A stretch of 64,000 nucleotides of DNA, taken from IMG/VR virus record IMGVR_UViG_3300036820_000004, positions 1 to 64,000 of that record. The stretch is one strand, 5' to 3'. Position numbers and translations under genes: made by a program. The notes beneath the pieces are model-generated. The model searched no databases. It worked only from the letters and a program-made list of their open reading frames with translations, and was not told the origin of the DNA. This stretch comes from a virus. Each line of letters starts with the position of its first letter. Position 1 is the first letter of the stretch. Shown here piece after piece: positions 19,873 through 29,149 of this stretch.

Positions 19873-20144
19873 TTGCTCCCCCTCCCGTACCACCGGTCAG
19901 CCACACGGGGCGCGAACCGGTCAGCTATCTGCCGCCACCAGCAGGCGGCTATCCATTCGGCGCGTTCCAGCAGTTGCCATGCGTTCTGCGCGGCCAGGGC
20001 CGCTTCCTCGTACGCTGTGTCCTGCCGGCCGTCACAGGCCAGGTCCGGGTCCCATTCCTGCCAGGTGCGTGTGCCGTCGTTCAGGTCAGCGGCCCACGCG
20101 GTCAGTTCCACGGCGTCATCGGCGAGCTCGGCGATGGTCGGCAT
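19869..20144 (-). CDS. hypothetical protein
   Basis: Operon position, coupling. Confidence 0.5.
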   Translation of the reverse strand: MPTIAELADDAVELTAWAADLNDGTRTWQEWDPDLACDGRQDTAYEEAALAAQNAWQLLERAEWIAACWWRQIADRFAPRVADRWYGRGSK

Positions 20145-20933
20145 TCAGCCCTCCGCCGGGTCGCTCTGGTCCGGGGAGAAACCCTCGGCGACGGAAGCGG
20201 GCGCGCGGTCCTCCGCTGGCTCCTCGTCCTCGGTGCAGGTTTCCGGGCCGAATCCGGGTTCGTCCGGCCCGAGGTGCGCGGCCAGGGCAACCGCCGCGTG
20301 TGCTGCGTCCTGCTCGTGGTGTTCGCACGCGCACTCAAGCGGGTCGGTGCAGTCGTCGTGGTCGCCGCGCTCGCACGCCGGGCTGTGCCCGGGCCCGGCT
20401 GCTTCCGGTTCCCCGGTTGCCTTCTCGGCCTCGTCCTGGGCGTCGTGAAGGGCGTGGAACGTCTCCAGGTGGGCGTCGATGTCATCGTCGGACGGCACAG
20501 GTGGCTCCGGCTGAGGCAAAGGCTCAGCGACGAAAGAGGCGGCCGGCTCCCGTTTCGGCAGCGGCTCCAGCGCTGTCACGGGGAACGTCACCAGCGGCCT
20601 CGGCTGCTGCCCCCCGTTGGCGTAGTACTCGATGCTGCGCTGTACGCACTCGTCGATGCCGGAGCACCTGTGCTCCCCGCCGGCGGTCTCGGGGATCTGG
20701 GAGGACAGACCGGATACGCGGCAAAATCCGCATTCGACGACCTTGTCCGCTCCGGCGCTGACCAAGGCGTTAGCGATGGCTGGCGATTCGGCCAGCGAGC
20801 GCGGCACCGGGCCGGGCAAAGACGCGGCGAGGGATGAAGGCAAAGGGGTCTCCTGGATGTCGGGAAGTTTGCGGTGGCGGCCATGCCACGCGGGGCGGGG
20901 GCGCAAGTGGGGCCAGCCCGCCGGGCCGGTCAC
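20145..20933 (-). CDS. acidic hypothetical protein
   Basis: Coupled start; Cys clusters. Confidence 0.5.
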   Translation of the reverse strand: MTGPAGWPHLRPRPAWHGRHRKLPDIQETPLPSSLAASLPGPVPRSLAESPAIANALVSAGADKVVECGFCRVSGLSSQIPETAGGEHRCSGIDECVQRSIEYYANGGQQPRPLVTFPVTALEPLPKREPAASFVAEPLPQPEPPVPSDDDIDAHLETFHALHDAQDEAEKATGEPEAAGPGHSPACERGDHDDCTDPLECACEHHEQDAAHAAVALAAHLGPDEPGFGPETCTEDEEPAEDRAPASVAEGFSPDQSDPAEG

Positions 20934-21247
20934 CCGGCCACCTCCGCCACAGGTGCTGAGACGACAGGGCAGTCATGGCCGTCGAAGACGCGACAGGGCT
21001 CGCACCACGCGCCTGGTGCCTTTTCCATCTCGTAGTGCTCCTGGCAGAAGTGCTCGGTCCAGATGTGCTCGTGCATGCACGCGAGTCCCAGCGAGCGGGT
21101 AGCGGGCTCGGCGCAGCGCTCGGCGTATCGGCCGGCGGGCATCTCGCTTGCCACCAGGCCGGCCTGGTACATGCACCGCCCGTCCGTTAGTGCCTGGGTG
21201 AACCCTGGCTGCGAGATCCAGTCCGCCCACGTCATCGGCGCGCTCAC
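20930..21247 (-). CDS. Cys/His-rich hypothetical protein
   Basis: CMHEH, CQEH, CEPC; coupled. Confidence 0.55.
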   Translation of the reverse strand: MSAPMTWADWISQPGFTQALTDGRCMYQAGLVASEMPAGRYAERCAEPATRSLGLACMHEHIWTEHFCQEHYEMEKAPGAWCEPCRVFDGHDCPVVSAPVAEVAG

Positions 21248-21471
21248 TACTCGCTCCCGGTGACGGTCTTGAGCAGGGCACGCCAGCGGCTCACAGTGCG
21301 CGGCCAGACACCCAGGCGGTCTGCGACCTCGGCCAGGGACATGCGGTCACCGCCGATGTGGAAGTAATCCTCGAGATGGGCCAGCAACTGCTCGCGTTTC
21401 CACTGCAGATGGCGGGGGCAGGGCCGGGCGTCGATCAGGTCCAGCACGTCGCTGGCGGCCGGGGCGGTCAC
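21247..21471 (-). CDS. small HTH protein
   Basis: MSLAEVADRLGVWPRTVSRWR. Confidence 0.6.
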   Translation of the reverse strand: MTAPAASDVLDLIDARPCPRHLQWKREQLLAHLEDYFHIGGDRMSLAEVADRLGVWPRTVSRWRALLKTVTGSE

Positions 21472-21806
21472 CGGGCACTTCCGATCCACGCGGGCACCAC
21501 GTACACGGCGGCGAATGCGGCCAGGGCGCTCCCGGTGAGGACGGAGGAAGCGATGTCCTTGGCCGCGGCACCGAGCGGATGGCGGCCGGCCTGGCTCTGC
21601 TTGCACGGGCCGCAGCGGCAGCCGTGCTCCTCGTAAGTGGAACGGCAACCATGGCTGACGTTCTCGGGCATCTCGTGGTCAGCGCTATAGGCTTCGGCGC
21701 GGCGCCGGGCTTGGTAGTCGGCCTTGGCGTCTTTGCAGGTGCGGCAGCGGCAGCCATCGGTGTAGCTGCCGTAACCGTGGGTGAGAACCCTGTTGCGCAT
21801 CTTCAC
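21468..21806 (-). CDS. Zn-binding repeat protein
   Basis: Two HG...Y...GCRCxxC repeats. Confidence 0.6.
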   Translation of the reverse strand: MKMRNRVLTHGYGSYTDGCRCRTCKDAKADYQARRRAEAYSADHEMPENVSHGCRSTYEEHGCRCGPCKQSQAGRHPLGAAAKDIASSVLTGSALAAFAAVYVVPAWIGSAR

Positions 21807-22114
21807 TCGGTCACCTCCGGCTTGGCGGTGCGGTTCGGCCGCTTCTCCTGATCAGCCGGGGGCGCGCCGTACTTCGCCTCGGCCGCTCGCAGCGCGCGCA
21901 CCGCCCACTCGTAACTGGACTGGCCGTACCGGTAAAGGCGGGGCTCGGGCAGGCCGTTACGGCGGGTTCGGAGCATCGCGCCGCGGGACTCCTGGCCGTC
22001 GCCTTTGTGGTGGCCAGGAGGACGGCCGGCGCTGTGTTCCTCGTTCTGGGCGGCGGGCCGGTAGTCGGCCATCGAGCCCCGGATGACCGGGCGGCTGCGC
22101 AGTTCAGGCATCAC
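21803..22114 (-). CDS. hypothetical protein
   Basis: Coupled stop; start uncertain. Confidence 0.4.
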   Translation of the reverse strand: MMPELRSRPVIRGSMADYRPAAQNEEHSAGRPPGHHKGDGQESRGAMLRTRRNGLPEPRLYRYGQSSYEWAVRALRAAEAKYGAPPADQEKRPNRTAKPEVTE

Positions 22115-22273
22115 ACGTCACCTCGTCCGCAATTCCCGGCGCAGCCTCCCGGCGGTCCAGGCACGACCCGGCCATGACACCCCTGGGGAGCGTGCACGGC
22201 ACGCCGGCCGGGTCACCGTGCACAGGGCAGGGGACGGTGAGGGCGATTTCTGCCTTCTGGCGCGTCGTGAGCC

Positions 22274-22498
22274 TCACCGCGCACCTCCTCGCATCGGCAG
22301 CGCGCCTTCAGCGTCAGCAGCGGCCACCGAATCCAGGTCGGCGCGAATCTGCGTCAGGCGGTCTGCGGCAGCGTCGGCGAGCAGGCCGAACCCTTCGTGC
22401 TCTCGCCTGCGCCATGCCTCGGTGACGCTGATCCCGTCGCGGTGCGCCTGCTCGATGACAGCGGGCTGGATGCCGGAGAACCGGATGGTGAGCCTCAT
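22274..22498 (-). CDS. hypothetical protein
   Basis: ATGA coupling. Confidence 0.5.
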   Translation of the reverse strand: MRLTIRFSGIQPAVIEQAHRDGISVTEAWRRREHEGFGLLADAAADRLTQIRADLDSVAAADAEGALPMRGGAR

Positions 22499-22818
22499 GA
22501 CGCACCGCCAGCGGCCTTATGGCGCTCGATCAGCGCGCGGGCCTGGGCGGCCCGCTTCTCGCGCTCCTCCTTGGATGGCACCTCGTAGACGTTGGCCTCA
22601 AGCTCGATCTCGAACACCTTGCCGTCCGACTCGCGGATGATCAGCAGGGTGGTGTCGTCGTCCTCGAAGCCGAGTTCCTGCGCGTCCTCCATCCCGGCGC
22701 GCTGGTACTTCTCGCCGCCGAACTGCAGGTCGCTGAAGTCGCCGCACCACTCGTCGAACAGGTACTGGCAGATGTCGCCGGCGAGGGCCTGGGTCTCGGA
22801 AAGGTCGCCGTGGTTCAT
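22495..22818 (-). CDS. acidic hypothetical protein
   Basis: ATGA coupling, high-GC3 codon usage. Confidence 0.6.
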   Translation of the reverse strand: MNHGDLSETQALAGDICQYLFDEWCGDFSDLQFGGEKYQRAGMEDAQELGFEDDDTTLLIIRESDGKVFEIELEANVYEVPSKEEREKRAAQARALIERHKAAGGAS

Positions 22819-23015
22819 CGCGCCGCCCTCCAGCCCTGGCCAGCGTCCGGGTAGATGGCGGCCAGCTGCCCGGTGTCCCATTCGTCGGCGGGGAGGACGA
22901 TCCGCTCGTCGGCCTCGTGCGTGTGCTGGACGGGCGGGACTCCGGGGCCGGTACGGAACCGGAAGGCTCTGCGGTAGGCCTTGGCCGTGGCCGGAGTCAG
23001 CGGGGGGCGGTTCAC
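22815..23015 (-). CDS. hypothetical protein
   Basis: GTGA coupling. Confidence 0.45.
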   Translation of the reverse strand: MNRPPLTPATAKAYRRAFRFRTGPGVPPVQHTHEADERIVLPADEWDTGQLAAIYPDAGQGWRAAR

Positions 23016-23845
23016 AGCACACCGCCAGTGGTGGCCATGGTGGCCGTGCGTGGCGCGGACCGGAGGGTGATTACCGCGCTGACCGGGGTCGTGCGCACCG
23101 GGTCGGGCTCGAAGGCCGGCGCTTCCTCGCCGTCGTAGCGTGCGATGCCCCAGACGATCGCGTGGAGACACCACAGGAAGGTCCAGTCCCAGTCGGTCAG
23201 GTCCCATTCCCAGGTGTCCGTGAAGCGGAAGCCGTTCTGGGAGTCGGTCACCGGGTGGTGCTCACCGGGCAATGTCCGGTGCTCGATGCGCCAGTCCAGT
23301 GCAGCGTCCGCGCCGAGGCCCTCGCGGTGGTAGCCGCACGAGCAGTCAGCGGTGAAGGTGACAAAGGCGTCAAGAGCGGCCCGCGCACCAGCCTCGTAGT
23401 GGATGTCGCCGTTGTTGAGAATCTCGGCTCGCACCGCTTTGCCGAGGCCTTTCGGCACGGTGCCGTAGGTGCCGTGCCGGACGGCCTCAACGAATTCCTC
23501 GGTGACGAGCCTGCGGAACTCGTCCTCGTTGTAGGACTTCACCCGTGTCTCGCCCTGGACCTTCTCGGCCCAGTACTGCGGGTTGACCCGGTGATCCCGG
23601 AAGAACTCGAACATGTCCGTGACCCGCGAGAACGTGAATGTTCCGCAGTCGCCGTTGATCACCAGCGTCCCGGGCCACGTGATCAGGTCGAACCAGTAGA
23701 AGCCGGTGTTGACCCGCCACTCGCCGTCGTTGCAGTACCGGGCGTTACGGAACTGCAGGTGCCGGTACAGGCCGTCGTCGTGGACCACGAACATGTGGTG
23801 GTTCTTCGTCTCGGCGGCGAACCGCTCCGCCATGGCCGCGTTCAC
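23012..23845 (-). CDS. conserved phage protein
   Basis: HDDGLYRHLQF, FDLITWPG, GDCG, INPQYWAEK-like, WCLHAIVWGI motifs. Confidence 0.75.
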   Translation of the reverse strand: MNAAMAERFAAETKNHHMFVVHDDGLYRHLQFRNARYCNDGEWRVNTGFYWFDLITWPGTLVINGDCGTFTFSRVTDMFEFFRDHRVNPQYWAEKVQGETRVKSYNEDEFRRLVTEEFVEAVRHGTYGTVPKGLGKAVRAEILNNGDIHYEAGARAALDAFVTFTADCSCGYHREGLGADAALDWRIEHRTLPGEHHPVTDSQNGFRFTDTWEWDLTDWDWTFLWCLHAIVWGIARYDGEEAPAFEPDPVRTTPVSAVITLRSAPRTATMATTGGVL

Positions 23846-24099
23846 GCGACGGCCTTAGCGGGCTCGGGCGTGGCGGCGACGTCGAACCATGCCTTGCGGT
23901 CGCGGCTGGGCAGTCCCTCGTGCCCGCGCAGCGCTTGCGCTGCAGCTAGCGCCAGCGTGGCGTGCACCTGGGCCTCGGCCAGGAGTTCGGACCGCCTCGC
24001 GGTGGTGTGCAGCAACTCGTTTCTGGGGTTGTTGGCCACGCGGCGTTGCGTCGCTGTGATCAAGGTCTCGGCTTCGCGGTAATGCTGAGCGCCGGTCAC
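23842..24099 (-). CDS. conserved small phage protein
   Basis: MTGAQHYREAE...AQVHATLALAAA. Confidence 0.65.
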   Translation of the reverse strand: MTGAQHYREAETLITATQRRVANNPRNELLHTTARRSELLAEAQVHATLALAAAQALRGHEGLPSRDRKAWFDVAATPEPAKAVA

Positions 24100-24416
24100 C
24101 GGGGCTCACCTGCCCGGCGGGCCTCGATCAGCCGCCGCCACACGGCGGTCAGGTTCGCGTACTGGAGAGGCGTCCCGGCCCCGGCGGTATTGAAGCCGAG
24201 GTCGTCGACCTGCTGTCTCCACGGCTCAAGGCCGAAGTGAACGCAGATCCCTCCCCATGTCGGCTCGGGCAGGCTGGTGGCGAGCTGGCCGAGGACGCAT
24301 AGGCACGGCGCCATCAGGTCGAGGGTGTCCAGGTCGATGCGCTGCCACCAGCCGGGCTCACGCTCGTCCAGGAACGCGGCGCCTTTGGCGACACGGCCAG
24401 CGATCGTGGCGGTCAC
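24096..24416 (-). CDS. hypothetical phage protein
   Basis: GAAFLD..PGW..IDLDTLD..CVLGQL; coupled. Confidence 0.6.
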   Translation of the reverse strand: MTATIAGRVAKGAAFLDEREPGWWQRIDLDTLDLMAPCLCVLGQLATSLPEPTWGGICVHFGLEPWRQQVDDLGFNTAGAGTPLQYANLTAVWRRLIEARRAGEPR

Positions 24417-24799
24417 TCGGCACCGCCTTCCTGTGCCTCGGCGATGACGGCATCCAGGGCAGGGCAGCGACGTTCGATGACCGGTCGCGGCTCGACGGGC
24501 TCGCACACCTTGTCCGTGCTGACAACGATCTTGACGTGCAGGCCGTCAATGCGGCCGGTGACCTCCAGCCACTCGTACTGGCCGCTGTCCTTGGTCTCCT
24601 GCTGCCAGTCAGTCCCGCCGATCGCGGCGACGATTGCAGCGAACCCTTCGCCGGAGGTCACGTGGTGGACCCAGCCGAAATCCAGCGGAAAACCGAGGTT
24701 CATGCCAGTGCGCGGCAGCGGGATGGTCTCGTCCTGCTCCATCTTGTCCAGGAGCCGGCGCATGCCCTGGATCCAGGCCGCCCTCTCCTCGGCGCTCAT
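24413..24799 (-). CDS. hypothetical protein
   Basis: ATGA coupling. Confidence 0.55.
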   Translation of the reverse strand: MSAEERAAWIQGMRRLLDKMEQDETIPLPRTGMNLGFPLDFGWVHHVTSGEGFAAIVAAIGGTDWQQETKDSGQYEWLEVTGRIDGLHVKIVVSTDKVCEPVEPRPVIERRCPALDAVIAEAQEGGAE

Positions 24800-25029
24800 G
24801 CCCCGGCCCCGCTGACGGCCCAGTCGTGAACGACTTCGGCGATGGCGTGGTGCAGCAGGTCCGGTGTCCTGGCTTCTACTGTGGTGCCGCACCCGTCGGG
24901 GTAGGCACACTGGCAGGTGGTGGCGTGGCAGCGGCCGGTGTTCCCGGTCCAGCAGTGCCAGCCCGGGTGGCCGGCTTCGACGGCCCGTAGTTCATCGCTC
25001 AGCGACGGGGGCGGATCCGTGGTGATCAT
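24796..25029 (-). CDS. hypothetical protein
   Basis: GAGGA RBS; coupled stop. Confidence 0.55.
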   Translation of the reverse strand: MITTDPPPSLSDELRAVEAGHPGWHCWTGNTGRCHATTCQCAYPDGCGTTVEARTPDLLHHAIAEVVHDWAVSGAGA

Positions 25030-25068
25030 GGTTGTCCTCGCTTTGCTATGCTTGTCTCGGTTGTCCTC

Positions 25069-25098
25069 CGCCCCGGCGTCCTCGCGCCGGGGCGTTTT
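25069..25098 (+). terminator. GC hairpin with T tract
   Basis: CGCCCCGGCG-loop-CGCCGGGGCG-TTTT. Confidence 0.5.
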
Positions 25099-25104
25099 AC
25101 TTGG

Positions 25105-25275
25105 TCAGGCCGCGTCCGTCTTCCTGGCCGCTGCCGTTTCCTCGCTGGCTGCCTGGATGTGGCGGGCGATCCGTGCCGCTCCTGCTGGTGAGAGCAGCGG
25201 CAGGGCCATGGCCTTGCGGATGGCCTCGGTGTCGACTGGCTCGTCAGGAAGCGCCGGGTGCTGGCGGGTGCTCAT
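25105..25275 (-). CDS. hypothetical protein downstream of cro
   Basis: ATGA coupling with cro stop. Confidence 0.5.
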   Translation of the reverse strand: MSTRQHPALPDEPVDTEAIRKAMALPLLSPAGAARIARHIQAASEETAAARKTDAA

Positions 25276-25502
25276 GCGGCCACGCCTGTCTTGATGAGGT
25301 CTTCGGGCTGCTCGCCGAGAACGCGGGCGATCTGGCCGATGATCATCAAACTGGCCACAGCCTGGTTGCCGCATTCGATGTCGCTGATGGTCTTGCGGTG
25401 GCGCTTGGTCAGCCGCGCCAGGTCGTCCTGGGTAAGGCCGAGACGCTCGCGCCGTGCCCGGATCTTGGGGCCATCCGGTTTTACGGTGCTGACAAGAGGC
25501 AT
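25272..25502 (-). CDS. Cro-like XRE HTH regulator (probably leaderless)
   Basis: IRARRERLGLTQDDLARL..TISDIECG. Confidence 0.85.
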   Translation of the reverse strand: MPLVSTVKPDGPKIRARRERLGLTQDDLARLTKRHRKTISDIECGNQAVASLMIIGQIARVLGEQPEDLIKTGVAA

Positions 25503-25508
25503 ACGGAG

Positions 25509-25538
25509 ACAGTAAGAGATGAACAGAGGTGCGGTCAA
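25509..25538 (-). promoter_or_regulatory. sigma70-type promoter for cro operon
   Basis: TTGACC-N18-TACTGT, 6 nt before ATG at 25502. Confidence 0.6.
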
Positions 25539-25715
25539 GAGGAAAGGAGGATAAGCGGAGTTTTCCTTTGGGGCGCTACGGAGTGTGGAGTCCGGCAGTT
25601 GTCCGGGGTAAGGCGCTAGGCTGCACGGAGGAACTCGGAGACTGTCCCTTGACGTAACCGTGAGTCTCGGTCAGTCTCCGAGAGCGGGAGCACGCAAACC
25701 GGGAAGGATGAGGAC

Positions 25716-26174
25716 ATGCCGCCATCCGGCGACAAAGCGGCCCAGGAGCGCCTCGGCAGGCTTCTGCGGCAGGCCCGCGTTCAGCAGGCCCTCAAGTACA
25801 AGAACCGGGCCCTGTTCGCGCGGGAGAAAGGCATCAACGAGCGGCTGCTCCAGGATGCGGAGACGGCCTACCGGGGCGGTTTCAGCGACGACACGAAACT
25901 GGCCCTCGAACTGGCCTACGGCTGGGAGCCCGGCAGCTTTGACCGCGTGCTCGCCGGAGGCGAACCGGTGGCGGGCACGGCACCGGAAGATGCCGCGCTA
26001 GACCTCATCATCCGCGCTTGGGGCAGCCTCGCCGGCGCACCAGAGCGCATCCAGCGGGTATGGTCGTCGCGCTACCTCACCCTGGATGAGAAGCTCCTGG
26101 TGATCGAGCGCGTCATCCGGGGCAGCCGCAACCCCGGCAACCCCGGCGAGGAACACGAACTGCGCCGCGCCTAG
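25716..26174 (+). CDS. immunity repressor-like XRE protein
   Basis: Divergent from cro; RLGRLLRQAR, LELAYGWEPGS..VLAGGEP motif of actinophage repressors. Confidence 0.75.
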   Translation: MPPSGDKAAQERLGRLLRQARVQQALKYKNRALFAREKGINERLLQDAETAYRGGFSDDTKLALELAYGWEPGSFDRVLAGGEPVAGTAPEDAALDLIIRAWGSLAGAPERIQRVWSSRYLTLDEKLLVIERVIRGSRNPGNPGEEHELRRA

Positions 26175-26176
26175 GC

Positions 26177-26836
26177 TCAGGCTGCCACGTTCACGCACGC
26201 CCCGGATCCGGGCAGGTGCAGGTTCAGGCACGCCCCGACGGACGGCGACGGCAGCGGCACCGGCAGAACCGGCAGCGACGGGAGAAGCGGCAGCGGCGGG
26301 ACAGCCACCTTCACCTGGATCTTGACATGCACGCGCGGCAGCGGCACCTCGAGCAGGCTCGGTGCCCGCGCCAGTGCCGCGGGTGCCGGCGCCGACGCAG
26401 GGAGGGTCACGTGCCGGGCCGGCGGCATGACGCTCACGGTCCCGCGGTCCTGGCGGCGGCGGTGGACGTGGGGCCGGGCCACGGCGACGGCAGGGGCCGG
26501 GGCGGTGCGGTGCAGTTCCTGGACCGGGTGCAGGCCGGGCAGCCCGGGCGACACCATGATCGCGAGCGCTGCCGCCGTCCCGATAACCGCCCCGGCCCCG
26601 CCGATCGCCAGCGCCGCCGGGTGCTTCCCGGCCCGGATGGCGGCGGCGGCCACGGGTACGATGATGCCCGGCAGCCAGCCCTTGCGCCCGGCGGCGCGGC
26701 GGACTTCGCGGACCGCGGCACGCTGCTGGGCCGGGGCCAGCGACGACGACACGGTGACGACCAGGTGCCCGGCGTGGTCTTTGCGGGCGACTGCGCGCAG
26801 TCCCGCCGGGAGCGGGGCGCGCAGGAGAGTAATCAT
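26177..26836 (-). CDS. Pro-rich membrane protein
   Basis: Hydrophobic segments; ATGA coupling. Confidence 0.5.
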   Translation of the reverse strand: MITLLRAPLPAGLRAVARKDHAGHLVVTVSSSLAPAQQRAAVREVRRAAGRKGWLPGIIVPVAAAAIRAGKHPAALAIGGAGAVIGTAAALAIMVSPGLPGLHPVQELHRTAPAPAVAVARPHVHRRRQDRGTVSVMPPARHVTLPASAPAPAALARAPSLLEVPLPRVHVKIQVKVAVPPLPLLPSLPVLPVPLPSPSVGACLNLHLPGSGACVNVAA

Positions 26837-27171
26837 GACGCCCGGGAGTGCAGCAGGAAGTCCCACACGGGGGCCGGGTCAGGATTCTCGTCGCCGACCA
26901 CGACGATGATCTCCTCGTCGCCGACAGGGAGCACCAGTCCCTTGCCGTCACGGTGGCCGGCGCGCATCGCCGCGGCCAGCTTGACCGGCACCCCCCCGGC
27001 GTGATCACGTGCAATGTCAGCGGCCCGCATCTCCTCGAGCGCGATATGCACGTCGCCGAGTTCCTCGCGGATCTCGGCCTGCTCCAGGCGGGTCCGCCGC
27101 ATCTCCTCGCGGATCTCGCCGAGCATCCTGAGCTTTTGGTGCCTGCCGCTGCGCCGTCGCAGCCACGACAT
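26833..27171 (-). CDS. hypothetical protein
   Basis: Coiled-coil N-terminus; coupled stop. Confidence 0.55.
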   Translation of the reverse strand: MSWLRRRSGRHQKLRMLGEIREEMRRTRLEQAEIREELGDVHIALEEMRAADIARDHAGGVPVKLAAAMRAGHRDGKGLVLPVGDEEIIVVVGDENPDPAPVWDFLLHSRAS

Positions 27172-27536
27172 CCGGACCACAGCCAAAACCCCCCTAAAGA
27201 GTTACCGCTGGGCCTGCCCGGGCCAATGTTGTAGACGTTTAGCCCGGTCCAGAAGTTTACGGAAACCTTCTCGCCCTGTTAAGGGTGCTGCCCGTAAAAG
27301 ACCGGAAAAAAGGCCGCAGCGGGGCGGTGCCTTTCCCGCGCGTCCGGCCCGGGCAGGCCCGGGTGCGCGGGGTGCCGTCCGCCGCCGCCGCGGCGTTCAG
27401 GTGCCAGCATGCCCCCCGGCCGGGTTGCGTCGCAAGAACCGGTCTGCAAGTTGCCCGGCGGAAGGGCACCGCGGGGTTCCCTGGCCGGGGGGGTAGCCGG
27501 GGAACCCGCCGCGGTGCCCGCTCAGGGGGATTCCGG

Positions 27537-27794
27537 TCAGTCGTCACAGGTCTCAGGGCGCCGGGGCACCGGCTTGCGGGTGTAGTCGGCGACGATGAGC
27601 TCACGCAGCACGGCGGCCGAATCCGCGGTGAGAGGCGCCCTGTTGTCACGGCGCTCAGCTCGCCAGGCGTGCGGATATCCGACGGTGATCTCGTACGCCT
27701 CCGACCAGTGATAACGCAGCTTCAGCAGTTCGGTGTGGTTGCGCTGGCCGAGCAATTCGGCATCAACCGGATGATGGCCCGTATGCTGTGACAT
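27537..27794 (-). CDS. hypothetical protein
   Basis: AAGAA/GGGG RBS; WRAERRD..LTADS..LRELIVADY. Confidence 0.55.
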   Translation of the reverse strand: MSQHTGHHPVDAELLGQRNHTELLKLRYHWSEAYEITVGYPHAWRAERRDNRAPLTADSAAVLRELIVADYTRKPVPRRPETCDD

Positions 27795-27973
27795 GCCGGG
27801 TTCTTACCCCCCTGGGGACCTGGCCTGAGCCCGGCACGCTGGCACGTTGCCGGGCTCCTCGCTTTCCCGCCCATAGTGTCACATGGGATTTCATCGCGCG
27901 AGTGCTCACGAGTACCCGCGATCACTCAGTAACTGGCTGAATGCTCTGCGTTCGCGCCGGGCATGGTGCACGG

Positions 27974-28207
27974 ATGGAGATCGACTACCTCGCCGCTGAG
28001 CCGCCCTACCGGCAGATCGCGGCCTGGCTCAAAGGACGCATCGAGAGCGGCGAGTTCCGGCCGGGCCAGCGCCTGCCGACCGAACGCGAACTGCAGGAGA
28101 CGCTCGGCGTGGCCGCGACCACGACCAGGCGCGCCTACCGCCTCCTCGCAGCCGAGAACCTGGTTGTGACGACCCCGGGCCGCGGGACGCACATCAAGCC
28201 GCGCTAG
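27974..28207 (+). CDS. GntR-family winged-helix regulator (HTH only)
   Basis: PPYRQIA..I.SGE..PGQRLPTEREL..T.RRAY..L...PGRGT. Confidence 0.9.
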   Translation: MEIDYLAAEPPYRQIAAWLKGRIESGEFRPGQRLPTERELQETLGVAATTTRRAYRLLAAENLVVTTPGRGTHIKPR

Positions 28208-28301
28208 GTGCTAGCCTCACCTTGGATCGCAAGCCGGCGTTACATCGGACCATGCACCGACGCTAAACCCCCAGTGCATGGTGGTGGCCCAGGCTGGTGA
28301 A

Positions 28302-28328
28302 GGCCCTCGCTCCGGCGGGGGTCTTTGT
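28302..28328 (+). terminator. intrinsic terminator
   Basis: GGCCCTCGC-TCCG-GCGGGGGTC-TTTGT. Confidence 0.55.
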
Positions 28329-28443
28329 CATGCATGAGGGTGCCCCCGTGGCTGCAGGCCGGGGACCACGCCTGCCGGGTGCCCATCCCCCGGGTTCAGG
28401 CCCAAAGCATCATGGACCACGGGTCACCCGAATTCACGGGTAG

Positions 28444-28517
28444 TAGCTGGGACGGGATTTGAACCCGCGACCTGTGGGTTATGGGCCCACCGCGCTGCCG
28501 AACTGCGCCACCCAGCG
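28444..28517 (-). tRNA. initiator-type tRNA-Met(CAT), C33 variant, CCA not encoded
   Basis: CGCTGGG...CCCAGCT-A acceptor with C1xU72 mismatch, GTGGG/CCCAC anticodon stem with three G-C pairs, GGTTCAAATCC T arm. Confidence 0.9.
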
Positions 28518-28532
28518 CTCGCCAGCATATCG

Positions 28533-28616
28533 CGGAAGGTGGAGGTAACGCTCCCCTCGGGCTCCTCACCAGACCACCGCTTTCGAGGCGGCTTCGGACC
28601 TTGTCCGGCACCTTCC
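28533..28616 (-). tRNA. atypical 8/4 tRNA-Ser(CGA)-like gene
   Basis: 8-bp acceptor GGAAGGTG/CACCTTCC + G73; D stem CGGA/TCCG; anticodon arm GCCGC-CTCGAAA-GCGGT; long variable region; 4-bp T stem GGGG/CCTC. Confidence 0.7.
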
Positions 28617-28894
28617 GCGGCTACTCTCCGGAGATCGGCGCGACTGCATGGGTACATCGTAGCGCGGGCCGCTCATCCCGCCGGCCGGCCGGAGCGAGCG
28701 GGGGGGATCAGCGCACAGAATACTCGTGACCGGTGAGCCGCCGCAGGAGCCGCAGGAACACCCCGACCGGCTCGGTGATCCATCCCACGCCGATGATCAT
28801 ACTTGTATCAGCGCGGCGGCCGGCTGCAGGGGGCACGGCCGGCCGCCGCCTCTCACGCAAGGGCTGCCCCTTCCGCCCGGCGCAGCCTGCAATC

Positions 28895-29149
28895 TCAGGA
28901 TGATCGGGTGGCGGGCGAAGTCAAGACCCCGGTACCGGGCCGGTCAAACTCGCCCGCCCTCACCCCGCCAGTGAACGCGGCCCACTCAGCCGGGGTGAAC
29001 CGCAGTGCCGGGCCGCCGGGGTCCTTGCTGTCGCGGACGTATGCCGTGCCGTCCGGGAGGAAAGCAACCTCGACACAGTTGCCGTTGGAGTAGCTCAGCG
29101 AGCTCTTGAACCACTGCAGATCTGCGGGAAAGCCGTTTATGTTGTCCAT
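28895..29149 (-). CDS. DUF397 protein
   Basis: WFKSSLS..GNCVEVA..VRDSKDP..L.FT..EW.AF. Confidence 0.9.
   Translation of the reverse strand: MDNINGFPADLQWFKSSLSYSNGNCVEVAFLPDGTAYVRDSKDPGGPALRFTPAEWAAFTGGVRAGEFDRPGTGVLTSPATRSS

Noticed and set aside
28444-28517. tRNA as attL/attR prophage boundary
   Set aside because: No integrase, no duplicated 3' end seen, phage-like genes on both sides
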